Origin: Syntrophomonadaceae bacterium
Lineage (GTDB): Bacteria > Bacillota > Syntrophomonadia > Syntrophomonadales > Syntrophomonadaceae
Assembly: GCA_012511795.1 (NCBI GenBank)
Contig: JAAZFJ010000162.1
Location: 66-64,065 of the forward strand
Direction: 5' to 3'
DNA: 64,000 nt
Each line of letters starts with the position of its first letter. Within the stretch, counting starts at the first letter, position 1. The position numbers and the translations under genes are program-made. The notes beneath the pieces are model-generated. The model was not told where the DNA came from, ran no database searches, and saw only the letters and a list, made by a program, of their open reading frames with translations. Positions 48,212 through 59,871 of this stretch are shown in pieces.

Positions 48212-49498
48212 TTGAAGGTAAATATTTCGGAATTAGACAATAAAACAATGTTGGAATTATACCAAGTAGCACGAGATGTAAACCTGGCGGGTTATTCCAA
48301 ACTGCGTAAAAAGGAATTAATATTTGAAATAACCAAAGCTTTGACAAAATCTGATGAGTTATTACAAGCCCAGGGGGTATTGGAAATAATGCCTGACGGG
48401 TATGGATTTCTAAGACCTTTTGCCTATGTACCCAGTCATGAGGATATCTATGTTTCGCCTTCCCAGATCAGAAAGTTTGAACTTCGTACCGGGGACCGGG
48501 TAGGAGGGCAAGTCAGATCTCCCAAGGACAATGAACGTTTTTTTGCTCTGTTAAAAGTAGAAAATGTTAATGGATTTCCTCCTGAGGATTCAGTGAAGAG
48601 AATTCATTTTGATGCGTTAACTCCGATCTATCCAACCGAACGTCTCACTCTTGAAACCAAATCTGAAGAATTATCTACCCGTATAATTGATTTAATTTCC
48701 CCTATTGGCAAAGGCCAGCGAGGACTTATTGTATCACCTCCTAAAGCCGGCAAAACAATGTTGCTGCAAAAAATTGCCCAGGGGATTTCAGCGAATCATC
48801 CTGATGTTGAATTATTTATATTGCTGGTTGATGAAAGGCCTGAAGAAGTAACTGATATGCAGCGCAATACCAAGGCAGAGGTAGTATCATCAACTTTTGA
48901 TGAACCACCGGAAAATCATGTAAAGGTTACTGACATGATTCTGGAAAGGGCCAAGAGATTAGTTGAACATAAAAAAGATGTTGTTATTTTAATGGATAGT
49001 GTGACCAGACTTGCAAGAGCTCATAATTTAGTGGTTCCCCCCAGTGGCAGGACACTATCAGGTGGAATTGATCCAGCCTCCCTTGACAAACCCAAGCGTT
49101 TTTTTGGTGCAGCACGTAATGTAGAGGAAGGGGGCAGTTTGACGATTATAGCCACAGCTCTTATAGAGACTGGCTCAAGGATGGATGAAGTTATTTTCGA
49201 AGAATTCAAAGGCCGGGGAAATATGGAACTGGTATTGGAAAGGAAAATAGCCGAAAGAAGAATATTCCCTGCTATTGATATAAAACGGTCAGGAACCCGT
49301 AAAGAAGAACTGCTTTTAAATGAAGAAGAAATGGAATTGAACTGGAACTTAAGAAATGCTTTCAGTGAGTATAATCCTGTTGAAACTATGCAAATGATCA
49401 GGGATACTATGAAGAAAACAAAATATAATCAAGATTTATTAAGAGCTGCACCAGTAGTTTTCGGACGAAATGGTCATGGCAGAAAATCCTATCAATAA
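48212..49498 (+). CDS. rho: Transcription termination factor Rho
   Basis: [40 protein letters not shown]. Confidence 0.98.
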   Translation: MKVNISELDNKTMLELYQVARDVNLAGYSKLRKKELIFEITKALTKSDELLQAQGVLEIMPDGYGFLRPFAYVPSHEDIYVSPSQIRKFELRTGDRVGGQVRSPKDNERFFALLKVENVNGFPPEDSVKRIHFDALTPIYPTERLTLETKSEELSTRIIDLISPIGKGQRGLIVSPPKAGKTMLLQKIAQGISANHPDVELFILLVDERPEEVTDMQRNTKAEVVSSTFDEPPENHVKVTDMILERAKRLVEHKKDVVILMDSVTRLARAHNLVVPPSGRTLSGGIDPASLDKPKRFFGAARNVEEGGSLTIIATALIETGSRMDEVIFEEFKGRGNMELVLERKIAERRIFPAIDIKRSGTRKEELLLNEEEMELNWNLRNAFSEYNPVETMQMIRDTMKKTKYNQDLLRAAPVVFGRNGHGRKSYQ

Positions 49499-49580
49499 GT
49501 ATAAATTCCGGTAGTATTGTTAATAATAAAGGTCGTTAGGGCCTTTATTTTTTTGTCCTGACAGAAACGAGGTGATTATT

Positions 49581-50435
49581 GTGGCCAAGAAGAAGTTAGG
49601 CAGTTTGGTTTTGGCACTATTTTTAATAACAACAGTATATACACCTGTTCAGGCAGCGTTAAAAGAAGGTAATTTTGTACCCTATACCGCTAAAAAATCA
49701 GCAGCGGTAAATGCAAGAAGTAAATACTATCAAATAAAAAAGGGTGACACATTATGGAGTATTTCCCAGGCTTATAAAACAGATTTAGCAACGCTTATGT
49801 CAATAAATAACCTGAATAAAAACAGCATTCTTAATATTGGACAAACAATTATGCTGCCAGGCAATGATTCGCGGGTCCACTTGATTCAAAAGGGAGAGAC
49901 CATGTGGAGTATTGCTTCATTGTATGACATTGATGTGAAAGATCTGCAAATGTTGAATCGTGATAAAAAACCTAATCAGCTGAAAATCGGGGATGAGCTG
50001 GCAATACCAGAATCCATAGTTAGAGTAGTTGCAGTTATGGCGGAACCCTCAAGAAGTTTAGCAGGCGGAGTTTATAGCTGGCCTGTGACAGGCATTATTA
50101 CCTCCAATTACGGTTGGAGGAAGTCGGGATTTCATCATGGCCTTGATATCGCCGCTAAAATTGGTACACCAGTAAAAGCAGCCAGCAGCGGGCAGGTCAT
50201 TTTTGCAGGTACCCGGGATATATATGGTAAAACCGTAATAGTTGACCATACCGATGGCAGGCAGACTCTTTATGCACATCTCAGCAAATACAATGTAAAA
50301 AAAGGGCAGCAAATAGCCAAAGGACAAATAATAGCATATGTAGGCAACACAGGCAGAACTACCGGGCCCCATCTGCATTTTGCGGTTATGAAAGGGGAGG
50401 AAACCTTTGATCCCCTAATATTTCTGCGAAAGTAA
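49581..50435 (+). CDS. LysM-LysM-M23 peptidoglycan endopeptidase
   Basis: Signal peptide, two LysM domains, HHGLD and HLHF. SigF-like GTATA-N15-GTTAATAATA at 49499-49528. Confidence 0.92.
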   Translation: MAKKKLGSLVLALFLITTVYTPVQAALKEGNFVPYTAKKSAAVNARSKYYQIKKGDTLWSISQAYKTDLATLMSINNLNKNSILNIGQTIMLPGNDSRVHLIQKGETMWSIASLYDIDVKDLQMLNRDKKPNQLKIGDELAIPESIVRVVAVMAEPSRSLAGGVYSWPVTGIITSNYGWRKSGFHHGLDIAAKIGTPVKAASSGQVIFAGTRDIYGKTVIVDHTDGRQTLYAHLSKYNVKKGQQIAKGQIIAYVGNTGRTTGPHLHFAVMKGEETFDPLIFLRK

Positions 50436-50451
50436 CATGATTTTTTGGTGG

Positions 50452-50478
50452 AAGCTCCTTTTGTAAGGGGCTTTTTTT
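50452..50478 (+). terminator. Intrinsic terminator
   Basis: AAGCTCCTT-TTGT-AAGGGGCTT followed by a T run. Confidence 0.75.
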
Positions 50479-50533
50479 ATGTCCTGGTATGGGCTAAGCT
50501 ATAAAGAGTAAATGATAGAATAATGAGGTTAGT

Positions 50534-51772
50534 ATGTATTTAACTTTATTTGCAGATGAATGTGGGCAAGTCAGAGAACACCCGCAGCTTAAAATGTTGG
50601 GGCAAATTGGTTCTACCTGGGTGGAACCGGAGCCAGGTGAAATGATTCCTTTACCTAAGGGTGCTTCATTGGTTTTGGTGCCAGGTCATCACCCGGTGGG
50701 AATGCAGGGGGATCAGCCTGAAACCGTAAAGCCAACAAACAGCAATAAGCAGCCTTATGCAGTTGCGGCTTTGCTGCCCCAGGGGTTTACCCGCACTCTT
50801 CTTCCGGCAGCTGCATCAAGGGATAATAAAGATATTCCTCTTCTAGGCTATTCTGCTGTAGGACTGAAAAATGAGAAGATTTATGTTGCAGCTGTGCAAA
50901 CAGATGAGCACCGTAAATGGCATCCCAAAAATTATAATACAGAGAGACTGCCGGCAAAGATTGCTGTATTCCTAAAAAAATATCCTGGTAACCGAATAGT
51001 CAGACAGTTAGCCAACTGTGCCCTTGAATACAGCTGTTATACAGCACAGAATTTATTTTATGGCCGCTGGGAAGCTGGAATTCCAACCACTCAAACTTGT
51101 AATGCCGATTGCATTGGCTGTATTTCGGAAAGCCATACCGGAGCTGATTCGGCGCAAAACCGCCTGAGGTTTTCGCCAAGCATTGATGAAATAATTGAGC
51201 TGGGCATCGTACATCTTACTGCTGCCAGGGAAGCCATCATAAGCTTTGGACAGGGATGTGAAGGAGAGCCAGCTTTAAACGCTGATAAATTAGAAATAGC
51301 TATTAAAGAAATAAGGAAGCAAACCGCTGCTGGAACCATCAATATTAATACCAATGCCGGCTATACAAGAGGGATCTGTCAGCTTTGTGATGCAGGATTG
51401 GACAGTATACGGGTAACCATGTTTTCCCCCACCGAAAGGGATTATAATTATTACCATCGCCCCCGTGATTATAATTTAACTGATGTTTTAAAATCCATTC
51501 AATATGCTAAGGACAGAGGAGTCAAAGTATCATTGAATTTACTTACTTTTCCTGGTTTTACTGACAGGCCGGACCAGTTGGAAGCCTTACTTAACCTGGT
51601 CAGTGAAAACCATATTGATATGATTCAATTACGCAACCTAAATATTGACCCTAAATATATGAAAGCATTAAACAATGACTTTCAACCACTGGGGATACCT
51701 CAGTTTTTAAAAGTCCTTAAGCAGGAAGCACCCCAGGTTATTATCGGGTCATACAGCAGGCCAGTTCGTTAA
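50534..51772 (+). CDS. Radical SAM protein of unknown function
   Basis: CNADCIGC cluster motif, SFGQGCEGEP, ININTN. Confidence 0.88.
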   Translation: MYLTLFADECGQVREHPQLKMLGQIGSTWVEPEPGEMIPLPKGASLVLVPGHHPVGMQGDQPETVKPTNSNKQPYAVAALLPQGFTRTLLPAAASRDNKDIPLLGYSAVGLKNEKIYVAAVQTDEHRKWHPKNYNTERLPAKIAVFLKKYPGNRIVRQLANCALEYSCYTAQNLFYGRWEAGIPTTQTCNADCIGCISESHTGADSAQNRLRFSPSIDEIIELGIVHLTAAREAIISFGQGCEGEPALNADKLEIAIKEIRKQTAAGTININTNAGYTRGICQLCDAGLDSIRVTMFSPTERDYNYYHRPRDYNLTDVLKSIQYAKDRGVKVSLNLLTFPGFTDRPDQLEALLNLVSENHIDMIQLRNLNIDPKYMKALNNDFQPLGIPQFLKVLKQEAPQVIIGSYSRPVR

Positions 51773-51791
51773 AATAGGAGAGGAGAATTAC

Positions 51792-52778
51792 ATGGATAAG
51801 AAAGGTCCTTTTACTGTAAAAGAACTTAAGGCATTGTCTCCCGGAAAACAAATCTGGGGGAAATATTTGATATTGGAGAAAGTCACCCGCAAAACCAAAG
51901 AGGGCAAGGACTTAACCAATTTGAAAATAGGTGATAGCACTGGTGATATGGATGTTATTGTCTGGGATAGCTGCCAGATCAGCGGGGATTTACAGCCAGG
52001 CAGCGTGATAGGCTTATTGGGTGATTTAGGGTTATATCGGGAACGTCTGCAGCTCACCGGCAAGAGAATTAAAATAATGGATGAACCGGCGGAGCCTTTT
52101 ATGCGCACTCCCGAAATAAGTATCGATTGTCTCATAAAAGACTTTGATGATGTAATTGCTTCAATAGATGATATCTATATGCAGCAATTACTGCAGCAGC
52201 TTTTTCACAATGATCTCCGCGAAACATTCATTAAAGCTCCGGCAGCAAAAAAGATACATCATAATTATCTTGGCGGTTTGCTGGAACACTCTCTTAATGT
52301 GGCCAGGCTTTGCCGACAGGTAAGTGCAGTCTATCCTGTTTTAAACAAGGATTTGTTGATTACCGGAGCACTCCTCCATGACTTGGGTAAAATTGAAGAA
52401 TATAAAATGAAAATTGTTCCTGAATATACAGTCAGTGGGCGCATGCTGGGGCATATCGTCCTGGGCTGTGAAATGGTCAGTGAACAGATTAACAAAATAC
52501 GTACCCAAACAGGATATTTCCCGGAGGAGTTGGAACTGATGCTTAAGCATATGGTCTTAAGCCATCATGGAAGCTTGGAATTTGCTTCACCGGTCATCCC
52601 GCTTTTCCCGGAAGCTCTGGTACTACATATGATGGACAATATGGATGCGAAGCTATTTGTTTTTCTAAATCGTATTGATGAGGAAAATGGAGAAGGTGAA
52701 CCATATTTTACATCCTATGATACTCTTTTTGCCCAGCAATTTTTTAAATATCGTTATAAAAGTAAAACCAGTGAGTAA
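51792..52778 (+). CDS. yhaM: OB-fold + HD domain 3'-5' exoribonuclease (YhaM/Cbf1 family)
   Basis: PAAKKIHH..GGLLEH, LLHDLGK, GHI, SHHGSLE. Confidence 0.88.
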   Translation: MDKKGPFTVKELKALSPGKQIWGKYLILEKVTRKTKEGKDLTNLKIGDSTGDMDVIVWDSCQISGDLQPGSVIGLLGDLGLYRERLQLTGKRIKIMDEPAEPFMRTPEISIDCLIKDFDDVIASIDDIYMQQLLQQLFHNDLRETFIKAPAAKKIHHNYLGGLLEHSLNVARLCRQVSAVYPVLNKDLLITGALLHDLGKIEEYKMKIVPEYTVSGRMLGHIVLGCEMVSEQINKIRTQTGYFPEELELMLKHMVLSHHGSLEFASPVIPLFPEALVLHMMDNMDAKLFVFLNRIDEENGEGEPYFTSYDTLFAQQFFKYRYKSKTSE

Positions 52779-52938
52779 TTATGCATCTTTCCCAAGTATT
52801 TAAAGACTTAATGGTCCCGTCAAAATTCAGAGACAATTCTTGTTTTTTGCTTGCATTATTGTTATAATTTTGTTTGCAGTTTGCTTTGTTCTGTATAAAT
52901 CTGATTTTATATAGATAAACCTGAAAAGAGGTGAAATA

Positions 52939-53142
52939 ATGAAGGATAAAATACATCCCCAATATTACCGTGCCACAGCCCGCTGTGCGTGTGGAAATGA
53001 ATTTGAAGTGGGTTCCACCAAGGAAAGTATTAAAACAGAAATTTGTTCCAAATGCCACCCATTTTTTACCGGCAACAAAACTAGATTAGTTGATACAACC
53101 GGTAGGGTCGATAAGTTTAAGAAAAAGTATGGTCTAAATTAG
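52939..53142 (+). CDS. rpmE: 50S ribosomal protein L31 (Zn-binding type A)
   Basis: [26 protein letters not shown]. Confidence 0.98.
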   Translation: MKDKIHPQYYRATARCACGNEFEVGSTKESIKTEICSKCHPFFTGNKTRLVDTTGRVDKFKKKYGLN

Positions 53143-53148
53143 TTTCTT

Positions 53149-53177
53149 AGCAGGGCAATTGTCTCTGCTTTTTTTTT
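53149..53177 (+). terminator. Intrinsic terminator after rpmE
   Basis: AGCAGGGCA..TGTCTCTGCT followed by a T run. Confidence 0.8.
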
Positions 53178-53215
53178 AATAACCTTATGTTGCAGGGCTT
53201 AAAAGGGTGATTATT

Positions 53216-54142
53216 ATGGAAAAGAAGATTCAATATGGCGGCATGGCAGTAATTGAAGGAGTAATGATGCGCGGTAAGGACAAAGTTGCCGTGGCAGTGA
53301 GAAAGCCTGATGGCACTATAGAGCTGGAACAGGAAAATATAAAGGACAGTGCCGGCAGGTTTCCTTTTTTAAAATGGCCTTTGATACGTGGAACCTTTGT
53401 TTTGATTGATTCTATGGTTTTAGGCATTAAAATGTTAAATAAATCTGCTAATATGTCCATGGGAGAAGAAGAGGAAGAGATCAGCCTGGCGGAAATGATC
53501 GGCACCGGATTATTCGCCTTTTTACTGGCAGTAGTTCTTTTTGTAATCTTGCCTACTGCCATTGTACATTATACATCCAGCTTATTGGGTGGAGTTTTGC
53601 TGCAAAATCTGGTGGAAGGAATTATTCGAGTCAGCTTCTTCCTTTTATATGTTTATGCAATTTCTAAAATGGATGAAATAGATCGGGTATTTATGTATCA
53701 TGGAGCTGAGCATAAAGCTATTTTTACTTTGGAAGCGGGACAAGACCTTACTGTAGAAAACAGCCGTAAATTCACAACCCTCCATCCCCGATGCGGAACG
53801 AGCTTTCTATTGACTGTTATGGTTATTTCTATTTTGGTGTTTGCCCTTTTGGGGGAAGGAACTTTATTTTATAGAGTCTGGTCCCGTATTGCCGTTTTGC
53901 CAATTGTAGCAGGTATTGGCTATGAGTTTATAAAGTTCAGCGGCAATTATTATAATGACCGATGGGCTAAAATACTAATAGCACCGGGCTTATGGCTGCA
54001 AAAATTAACCACCCGGGAGCCGGATGATGATCAGCTTGAAGTAGCTTTTGCGGCCTTAAAGGCTGTTCAGCCTGTTGAAGCTGCTTGGAAAGCTGATATG
54101 AAAAGTGAAGTCCGCAGTATAGAATATGCCGGAGTAAAGTAA
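53216..54142 (+). CDS. DUF1385 domain membrane protein
   Basis: YGGMAVIEGVMM, YHGAEHK, HPRCGTSF, LTTREP. Confidence 0.92.
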   Translation: MEKKIQYGGMAVIEGVMMRGKDKVAVAVRKPDGTIELEQENIKDSAGRFPFLKWPLIRGTFVLIDSMVLGIKMLNKSANMSMGEEEEEISLAEMIGTGLFAFLLAVVLFVILPTAIVHYTSSLLGGVLLQNLVEGIIRVSFFLLYVYAISKMDEIDRVFMYHGAEHKAIFTLEAGQDLTVENSRKFTTLHPRCGTSFLLTVMVISILVFALLGEGTLFYRVWSRIAVLPIVAGIGYEFIKFSGNYYNDRWAKILIAPGLWLQKLTTREPDDDQLEVAFAALKAVQPVEAAWKADMKSEVRSIEYAGVK

Positions 54143-54163
54143 CATAGGAGGTTTACTTGTTTA

Positions 54164-55231
54164 ATGCTGGAAAAATTACAAAGCCTGGAAGAAAAATATA
54201 ATAGTTTAACTGAATTATTAAGCAATCCGGATATTATAAATGATCAAAGCAAATTCCAAAAATATGCCAAAGCCCATTCAGATTTGACGGAAATCGTATC
54301 TGCTTATATTGAATATAAAAAGGCTTTAGAGCAGACTGAGGAAGCAAAGCAGATGCTTGCAGAAAATAATGATGAAGATTTTAAACAGATGCTGTTGGAG
54401 GAAATTGAAGATCTTAATGATAAAAAGATTGCCCTTGAACAGCAGCTTAAAATTTTGCTGCTTCCTAAAGACCCTAATGATGAAAAAAGTGTAATTATGG
54501 AGATCAGAGCAGGAACTGGAGGCGAAGAAGCTGCCCTGTTTGCCCAGGATTTATTTAGAATGTATACTCGGTATGCAGAAGAGCAGGGTTGGAAGATTGA
54601 AATTATGGATTCCAATTATACAGACATTGGCGGTATCAAGGAAATAATTTTTGTTGTTGATGGGCATGGTGTATACAGCAAGCTTAAGTATGAATCAGGT
54701 GTACATCGGGTTCAGAGAATACCAAGCACTGAATCAGGCGGACGTATCCATACTTCAGCGGCAACAGTTGCCGTCCTTCCGGAAGCAGAAGAAATAGAGA
54801 TCGCTATTGATCCCAATGAATTACGCATAGATGTTTATTGTTCAAGCGGCCCGGGCGGTCAGTCGGTCAACACTACTCAATCAGCGGTAAGAATAACGCA
54901 CATACCAACCGGGTTAGTAGTTACCTGCCAGGATGAGAAATCACAACATAAGAATAAAGCTCAGGCATTAAGGGTTTTAAGAGCGCGTCTTAAAGAAATC
55001 ATAGAAGAAGAGAAAAACGCCGAATTGGCAGGAGCTCGTAAAAGCCAAGTGGGATCGGGGGACCGCAGTGAACGTATCCGTACCTATAATTTTCCCCAGG
55101 GAAGAGTGAGTGATCATAGAATAAACTTGACATTGCATAAATTGGATATGGTATTAGCGGGACAATTAGACGAAATTATCGATGCTCTTACAACGCATTT
55201 TCAGGCTGAGCTTATGAAACAGGTGGATTAA
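54164..55231 (+). CDS. prfA: Peptide chain release factor 1
   Basis: [10 protein letters not shown] anticodon motif (IPSTE), GPGGQSVN. Confidence 0.98.
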   Translation: MLEKLQSLEEKYNSLTELLSNPDIINDQSKFQKYAKAHSDLTEIVSAYIEYKKALEQTEEAKQMLAENNDEDFKQMLLEEIEDLNDKKIALEQQLKILLLPKDPNDEKSVIMEIRAGTGGEEAALFAQDLFRMYTRYAEEQGWKIEIMDSNYTDIGGIKEIIFVVDGHGVYSKLKYESGVHRVQRIPSTESGGRIHTSAATVAVLPEAEEIEIAIDPNELRIDVYCSSGPGGQSVNTTQSAVRITHIPTGLVVTCQDEKSQHKNKAQALRVLRARLKEIIEEEKNAELAGARKSQVGSGDRSERIRTYNFPQGRVSDHRINLTLHKLDMVLAGQLDEIIDALTTHFQAELMKQVD

Positions 55232-56083
55232 TTGCATAGTGACTGGAACATAATTTCCATATTGGAATGGACTACCCGGTATTTTAAAAGCAAAGGCATT
55301 ACAGAGCCCCGGTTAGAGGCAGAAGTACTGATGTCTCATGTGCTTAATAAAGACCGGGTGTATTTGTATGCTCATTTTGATGCACCAGTCAATGGGCATG
55401 AAAGGAAAGAGCTAAGGGAAGTTATAAAAAGAAGAGTAAGTGGTGAGCCAAGTGCTTATATTACCGGGAACAAAGAATTTATGTCCCTTAAATTTTATGT
55501 AACACCGGATGTATTAATCCCTAGGCCTGATACTGAAGTACTGGTAGAAGAAGTAATCAGGCTGGCCGGGGAAAGAAGAAATATAAAAATATGTGACACA
55601 GGAACAGGTTCTGGAATAATAGCAATTAGTCTTGCCCACTATTTAAAAGATCCCTTAGTCTATGCTACTGACATTTCTCCGGCAGCAGTAAAAGTTGCTG
55701 CTCTTAATGCAAAAACGCACCAAATAAAAATAACCATTGAAACGGGTAATTTATTAGAACCGTTTGCCAATGAAAAATTTGATTTTATAACCGCTAATCT
55801 GCCTTATATAAGTACAGAAGAGTTTGCTTTGCTGCCCAGGGAAGTCAAGGATTACGAACCCAAGTCAGCTTTACTGGCAGAAGGTGATGGTTTGGACGAT
55901 TATCGGAGTTTGTTGCCTCAAGCCTACAAAAGCCTGCTGCCTGGCGGTTATTTGCTTTTTGAAATCGGTCATAATCAGGGAAAGGCAGCTTTAGAACTAA
56001 CCCGTGAATTTTATAAAAGCAGCAGATTGATCAAAGATTATGCCGGCCGCGACCGGGTTATCGCAGCGCGAAGGGAAGAGTAA
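55232..56083 (+). CDS. prmC: Release factor glutamine methyltransferase
   Basis: VLIPRPDTE, DTGTGSG, ANLPYI, FEIG. Confidence 0.95.
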   Translation: MHSDWNIISILEWTTRYFKSKGITEPRLEAEVLMSHVLNKDRVYLYAHFDAPVNGHERKELREVIKRRVSGEPSAYITGNKEFMSLKFYVTPDVLIPRPDTEVLVEEVIRLAGERRNIKICDTGTGSGIIAISLAHYLKDPLVYATDISPAAVKVAALNAKTHQIKITIETGNLLEPFANEKFDFITANLPYISTEEFALLPREVKDYEPKSALLAEGDGLDDYRSLLPQAYKSLLPGGYLLFEIGHNQGKAALELTREFYKSSRLIKDYAGRDRVIAARREE

Positions 56084-56084
56084 T

Positions 56085-57080
56085 GTGCTAACCGAATATC
56101 TGAAAGTAGATGTAAATGATGAAAAATCTTGGGAAATTATCCGAGCAGCACAACTGCTGTCAGAATCTGAAGTGGTTGCCTTTCCTACAGAAACAGTTTA
56201 TGGAGTAGGAGCAAAGGTTTTTGATGAAGCAGCTGTTGGCAAAATTTTTATTGCTAAAAACCGGCGGCCGGATCAATCTTTATTGGTACATATTTCACAA
56301 ATTGAACAGGTATATGGTATTGCAGCCGAGGTTACTGATGATGCCCTGCTCTTGATGAAAAGTTTCTGGCCAGGCCCTTTATCGATTATCCTGCCTGCTG
56401 ATAGTATGGTACCCTTGGCGGTAACAGGCGGAAAGGACACCGTCGGATTAAGAATGCCTGCACATCCAGTGGCTAAAAAACTTATTGATATAACCGGCCC
56501 CCTGGCAGCAACCAGTGCCAACCTGTCAGGGCGGCCGAGTCCCCTGACGGCACAACATGTAAAAGAAGATTTGGACGGACATATTGCAGCCATTGTAGAC
56601 GCAGGCCCAACCGGGTTAGGGATTGAATCAACAATCATTGATATAAGTAAAAAACCATATACTTTATTGCGGTTAGGCGGTATTCAAAATCAGGAAATAG
56701 AAGCCGTTTTAAATCAAACAATTACTAATTGTCTGCCTGATCCGGCAGCCAGGAAATATCAAACAAGTTCAAAGGTAATCATAACCAGTGACTGGGATGA
56801 TTTTTTAACTAAACTCGAAGTATTTAAGGATAAGTCATTGGGAATGGTAGCCTATGATCAGCAAACAATGGATGCTGAATCCAGATTAAGCAGGTTTCAG
56901 TTTAAAAAACGATATATATTATCCTTAGAACAACAGCACAGTAATTATTTTTCGATATTAAGAGATGCTGAACAAAACCACATTGAAATTATAATATTTA
57001 CACCGCTTCCTGACACAGTCAGCTTTTCCCTCAGAGACAGGATAAACCGCTCATTATATATTGCCGGGCAAGGAGAGTAA
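56085..57080 (+). CDS. tsaC: L-threonylcarbamoyladenylate synthase (Sua5/TsaC)
   Basis: VAFPTETVYG, FWPGPL, SANLSGRPSP, GIESTII. GTG 56085 chosen as start. Confidence 0.9.
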   Translation: MLTEYLKVDVNDEKSWEIIRAAQLLSESEVVAFPTETVYGVGAKVFDEAAVGKIFIAKNRRPDQSLLVHISQIEQVYGIAAEVTDDALLLMKSFWPGPLSIILPADSMVPLAVTGGKDTVGLRMPAHPVAKKLIDITGPLAATSANLSGRPSPLTAQHVKEDLDGHIAAIVDAGPTGLGIESTIIDISKKPYTLLRLGGIQNQEIEAVLNQTITNCLPDPAARKYQTSSKVIITSDWDDFLTKLEVFKDKSLGMVAYDQQTMDAESRLSRFQFKKRYILSLEQQHSNYFSILRDAEQNHIEIIIFTPLPDTVSFSLRDRINRSLYIAGQGE

Positions 57081-57083
57081 TTA

Positions 57084-57680
57084 ATGCTTGAGCAGTTGAT
57101 TACCATTATATTAGTAGCCATAGTTCTTGGTCTGGATGCTTTTTCACTTTCATTAGGCATAGGACTTAAGGGCATTTCCACAAAAAACGCCATTAAATTT
57201 GCCGTTACGATTGCTGTTTATCATGTTTTAATGCCTCTTATTGGACTAAATATTGGTATGGCAGCTGGTAACCTCCTTGGTATTTGGGCAGCGCGTTTAG
57301 GAGCAATTGCACTTTCATATATTGGTTTCGAACTTTTGCTAAAAGGGTATAGAGAGACAAAGGCCAGGGCTATATCCTTTACAGAAGCAAGACATTCCCT
57401 TGAAACCAAGAAAGCGGCAGATTATAAATGGACAAATATTCTGATGCTGGGATTTTTAGTTAGCATTGATGCCTTGACAGTAGGTTTTGGTTTAGGTACT
57501 TTAAGAATGTCTGTATTACTAACCTGTTTCATCATCGGAACGGTAGCAGGGATCATGACACTTCTAGGCTTTATGGGTGGAAAGGTATTTAGCAGGATAG
57601 CAGGCAGTTATGCACAGATCATTGGCGGCATAATATTATTGGCATTGGCTGCAAAAATGCTTTTTCAGGGGGGAGTTTAG
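57084..57680 (+). CDS. mntP: Manganese efflux pump MntP family
   Basis: LGLDAFSLS..G, SIDAL.VG, IIGGIIL. Confidence 0.88.
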   Translation: MLEQLITIILVAIVLGLDAFSLSLGIGLKGISTKNAIKFAVTIAVYHVLMPLIGLNIGMAAGNLLGIWAARLGAIALSYIGFELLLKGYRETKARAISFTEARHSLETKKAADYKWTNILMLGFLVSIDALTVGFGLGTLRMSVLLTCFIIGTVAGIMTLLGFMGGKVFSRIAGSYAQIIGGIILLALAAKMLFQGGV

Positions 57681-58147
57681 TGAAGAAATTATTATTTGTC
57701 TGTTCAGGTAATACTTGCAGAAGTCCAATGGCAAAAGTAATTTTTCAGCAGCTTCTGAGTGACAAGAATAACATTAATATAACAGCAGATTCAGCTGGAT
57801 TATTTACCAGCCCAGGATTACCAGCTTCTGACTCAGCCATAAGAGTGATGTTTGATATGGGACTTGACTTATCCAGTCACTCCAGTCAAGTAATCAATGA
57901 GTCTTTGATGACAGAGGCCGATTTAGTTCTTACTATGACCAGAGAACAACGATTATATTTAGCTGGACAGTTTCCGAAAAAAGAGTACAAAATATTTACC
58001 CTTGGACAGTTTATAGGCCAAACTGATCGGGATATAGAGGACCCCTACGGGAGGAGCTTGGAAATGTACAGAAAAAGCAGTCAGGAAATAAAGGAAATTC
58101 TTATCAAAGTTATGAATAAATTACTGGATGATAAAACTGCCGATTGA
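57680..58147 (+). CDS. Low molecular weight protein (arginine) phosphatase, YwlE-like
   Basis: FVCSGNTCRSPMA, DIEDPYG; conserved position before rpiB. Confidence 0.9.
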   Translation: MKKLLFVCSGNTCRSPMAKVIFQQLLSDKNNINITADSAGLFTSPGLPASDSAIRVMFDMGLDLSSHSSQVINESLMTEADLVLTMTREQRLYLAGQFPKKEYKIFTLGQFIGQTDRDIEDPYGRSLEMYRKSSQEIKEILIKVMNKLLDDKTAD

Positions 58148-58156
58148 GGTGTGATA

Positions 58157-58603
58157 ATGGAATTTGTAATAGGTTGTGACCATGCCGGGTTTGAGTTAAA
58201 GAATGAAATAATCAATACTTTTAAGGTGCGTGGGTATAATGTAATAGATTGTGGTACATATTCGGAGGAATCAGTTGATTACCCTGATTATGCGGAATCC
58301 GTTGCAGCTATTGTCTTAGAAAAAAAAATTCCCGGGATATTAATTTGCGGCTCCGGTATCGGTATTTCCATTGCTGCAAATAAAGTTCCTGGTATCCGGG
58401 CCGCACTATGTACCAATGAATATACAGCAAGACTGGCACGCCAGCATAATGATGCCAATATTTTGGCGATTGGTGCCCGAATAACCGCGGCAGGCTTTGC
58501 ATTGGAAATAGTGGATACATTTATTAAAACTGAATTTGAGGCAGGTAGACATAGCAAGAGAATAGAAAAGATTCATTTATTAGAAAAAACCGAAAGGAGT
58601 TAA
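58157..58603 (+). CDS. rpiB: Ribose-5-phosphate isomerase B
   Basis: GCDHAG, DYPD, CGSGIG, HNDAN, GRH. Confidence 0.96.
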   Translation: MEFVIGCDHAGFELKNEIINTFKVRGYNVIDCGTYSEESVDYPDYAESVAAIVLEKKIPGILICGSGIGISIAANKVPGIRAALCTNEYTARLARQHNDANILAIGARITAAGFALEIVDTFIKTEFEAGRHSKRIEKIHLLEKTERS

Positions 58604-58607
58604 CCCA

Positions 58608-59855
58608 GTGGACTATATTGAAAAATATGTAAAGCCAATTGACCCGGAAGTAGCACAGGCCATAGAAAATGAGGAGAAAAGACAGAATAATAAAATTGAA
58701 TTAATTGCTTCTGAAAACTTTGTCTCCCGCGCAGTAATGGCTGCTCAAGGTTCAGTTATGACGAATAAATATGCAGAAGGATACTCAGGAGCCAGATATT
58801 ATGGGGGCTGCGAATTTGTTGATGTAGTAGAAACCTTGGCCATTGAAAGAGTGAAGCAGATTTTTGGCTGTGAACATGCTAATGTACAAGCCCATTCAGG
58901 CGCCCAGGCTAATACTGCGGTATATTTTGCCTGTGTTCAGCCAGGTGATACTATCCTGGGTATGAATCTCAGTCACGGCGGGCATTTAACCCATGGCAGT
59001 AAAGTGAATTTTTCCGGAAAATATTTTAACTTTTATGGCTATGAGGTGGAACCCGAAACAGAGAGAATAAATTATGAGAATATTGCTCAAATGGCACGAG
59101 AAGTTAAACCAAAACTGATCGTAGCTGGTGCCAGTGCTTATCCGAGAGTTATTGATTTTCAAAAATTTCGCCAGATTGCTGATGAGGTGGGGGCATTGCT
59201 TTTTGTAGATATGGCACATATAGCAGGTTTAGTAGCAGCCGGTCTTCATCCCAGTCCAATCCCCTATGCAGATTTTGTAACCACCACCACCCATAAAACA
59301 TTACGCGGGCCCCGCGGCGGGCTTATAATGTGCAAGGAAGAATGGGGCCAGAAAATAGACAAGGCTATTTTCCCCGGCATTCAGGGCGGCCCTCTTATGC
59401 ATGTGATTGCAGCCAAAGCCGTTTGTTTTAAAGAGGCTCTAAGTGAAGAGTTTAAACAGTACCAAAAGGCGATTTATGATAATGCTCAGGCTTTAGCAGC
59501 GTCACTTACGGAATTGGGATTAAGACTGGTTTCGGGTGGTACCGATAATCATCTGATGCTGGTTGATGTACGGCCTTCCGGATTAAACGGTAAACAGGCT
59601 GAAGCAATATTGGAATCTGTAAATATAACTGTTAACAAAAATGCTATCCCTTTCGATCCCGAAAAACCTACTGTAACCAGCGGCATAAGAATAGGTACGC
59701 CGGCAGTTACCACTCGGGGAATGAATACTGCTGATATGAAAATGATCGCTCAGGCTATGGTCAGTGCACTACAGAATCCTGAAAATGAAAAAGCAATGGA
59801 CGAATCCCGACATATAGTGGAAAACTTATGTAAGAAATACCCTTTATACAGTTAA
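58608..59855 (+). CDS. glyA: Serine hydroxymethyltransferase
   Basis: [33 protein letters not shown]. Confidence 0.98.
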   Translation: MDYIEKYVKPIDPEVAQAIENEEKRQNNKIELIASENFVSRAVMAAQGSVMTNKYAEGYSGARYYGGCEFVDVVETLAIERVKQIFGCEHANVQAHSGAQANTAVYFACVQPGDTILGMNLSHGGHLTHGSKVNFSGKYFNFYGYEVEPETERINYENIAQMAREVKPKLIVAGASAYPRVIDFQKFRQIADEVGALLFVDMAHIAGLVAAGLHPSPIPYADFVTTTTHKTLRGPRGGLIMCKEEWGQKIDKAIFPGIQGGPLMHVIAAKAVCFKEALSEEFKQYQKAIYDNAQALAASLTELGLRLVSGGTDNHLMLVDVRPSGLNGKQAEAILESVNITVNKNAIPFDPEKPTVTSGIRIGTPAVTTRGMNTADMKMIAQAMVSALQNPENEKAMDESRHIVENLCKKYPLYS

Positions 59856-59871
59856 CTTGATTGGGGAAAAA

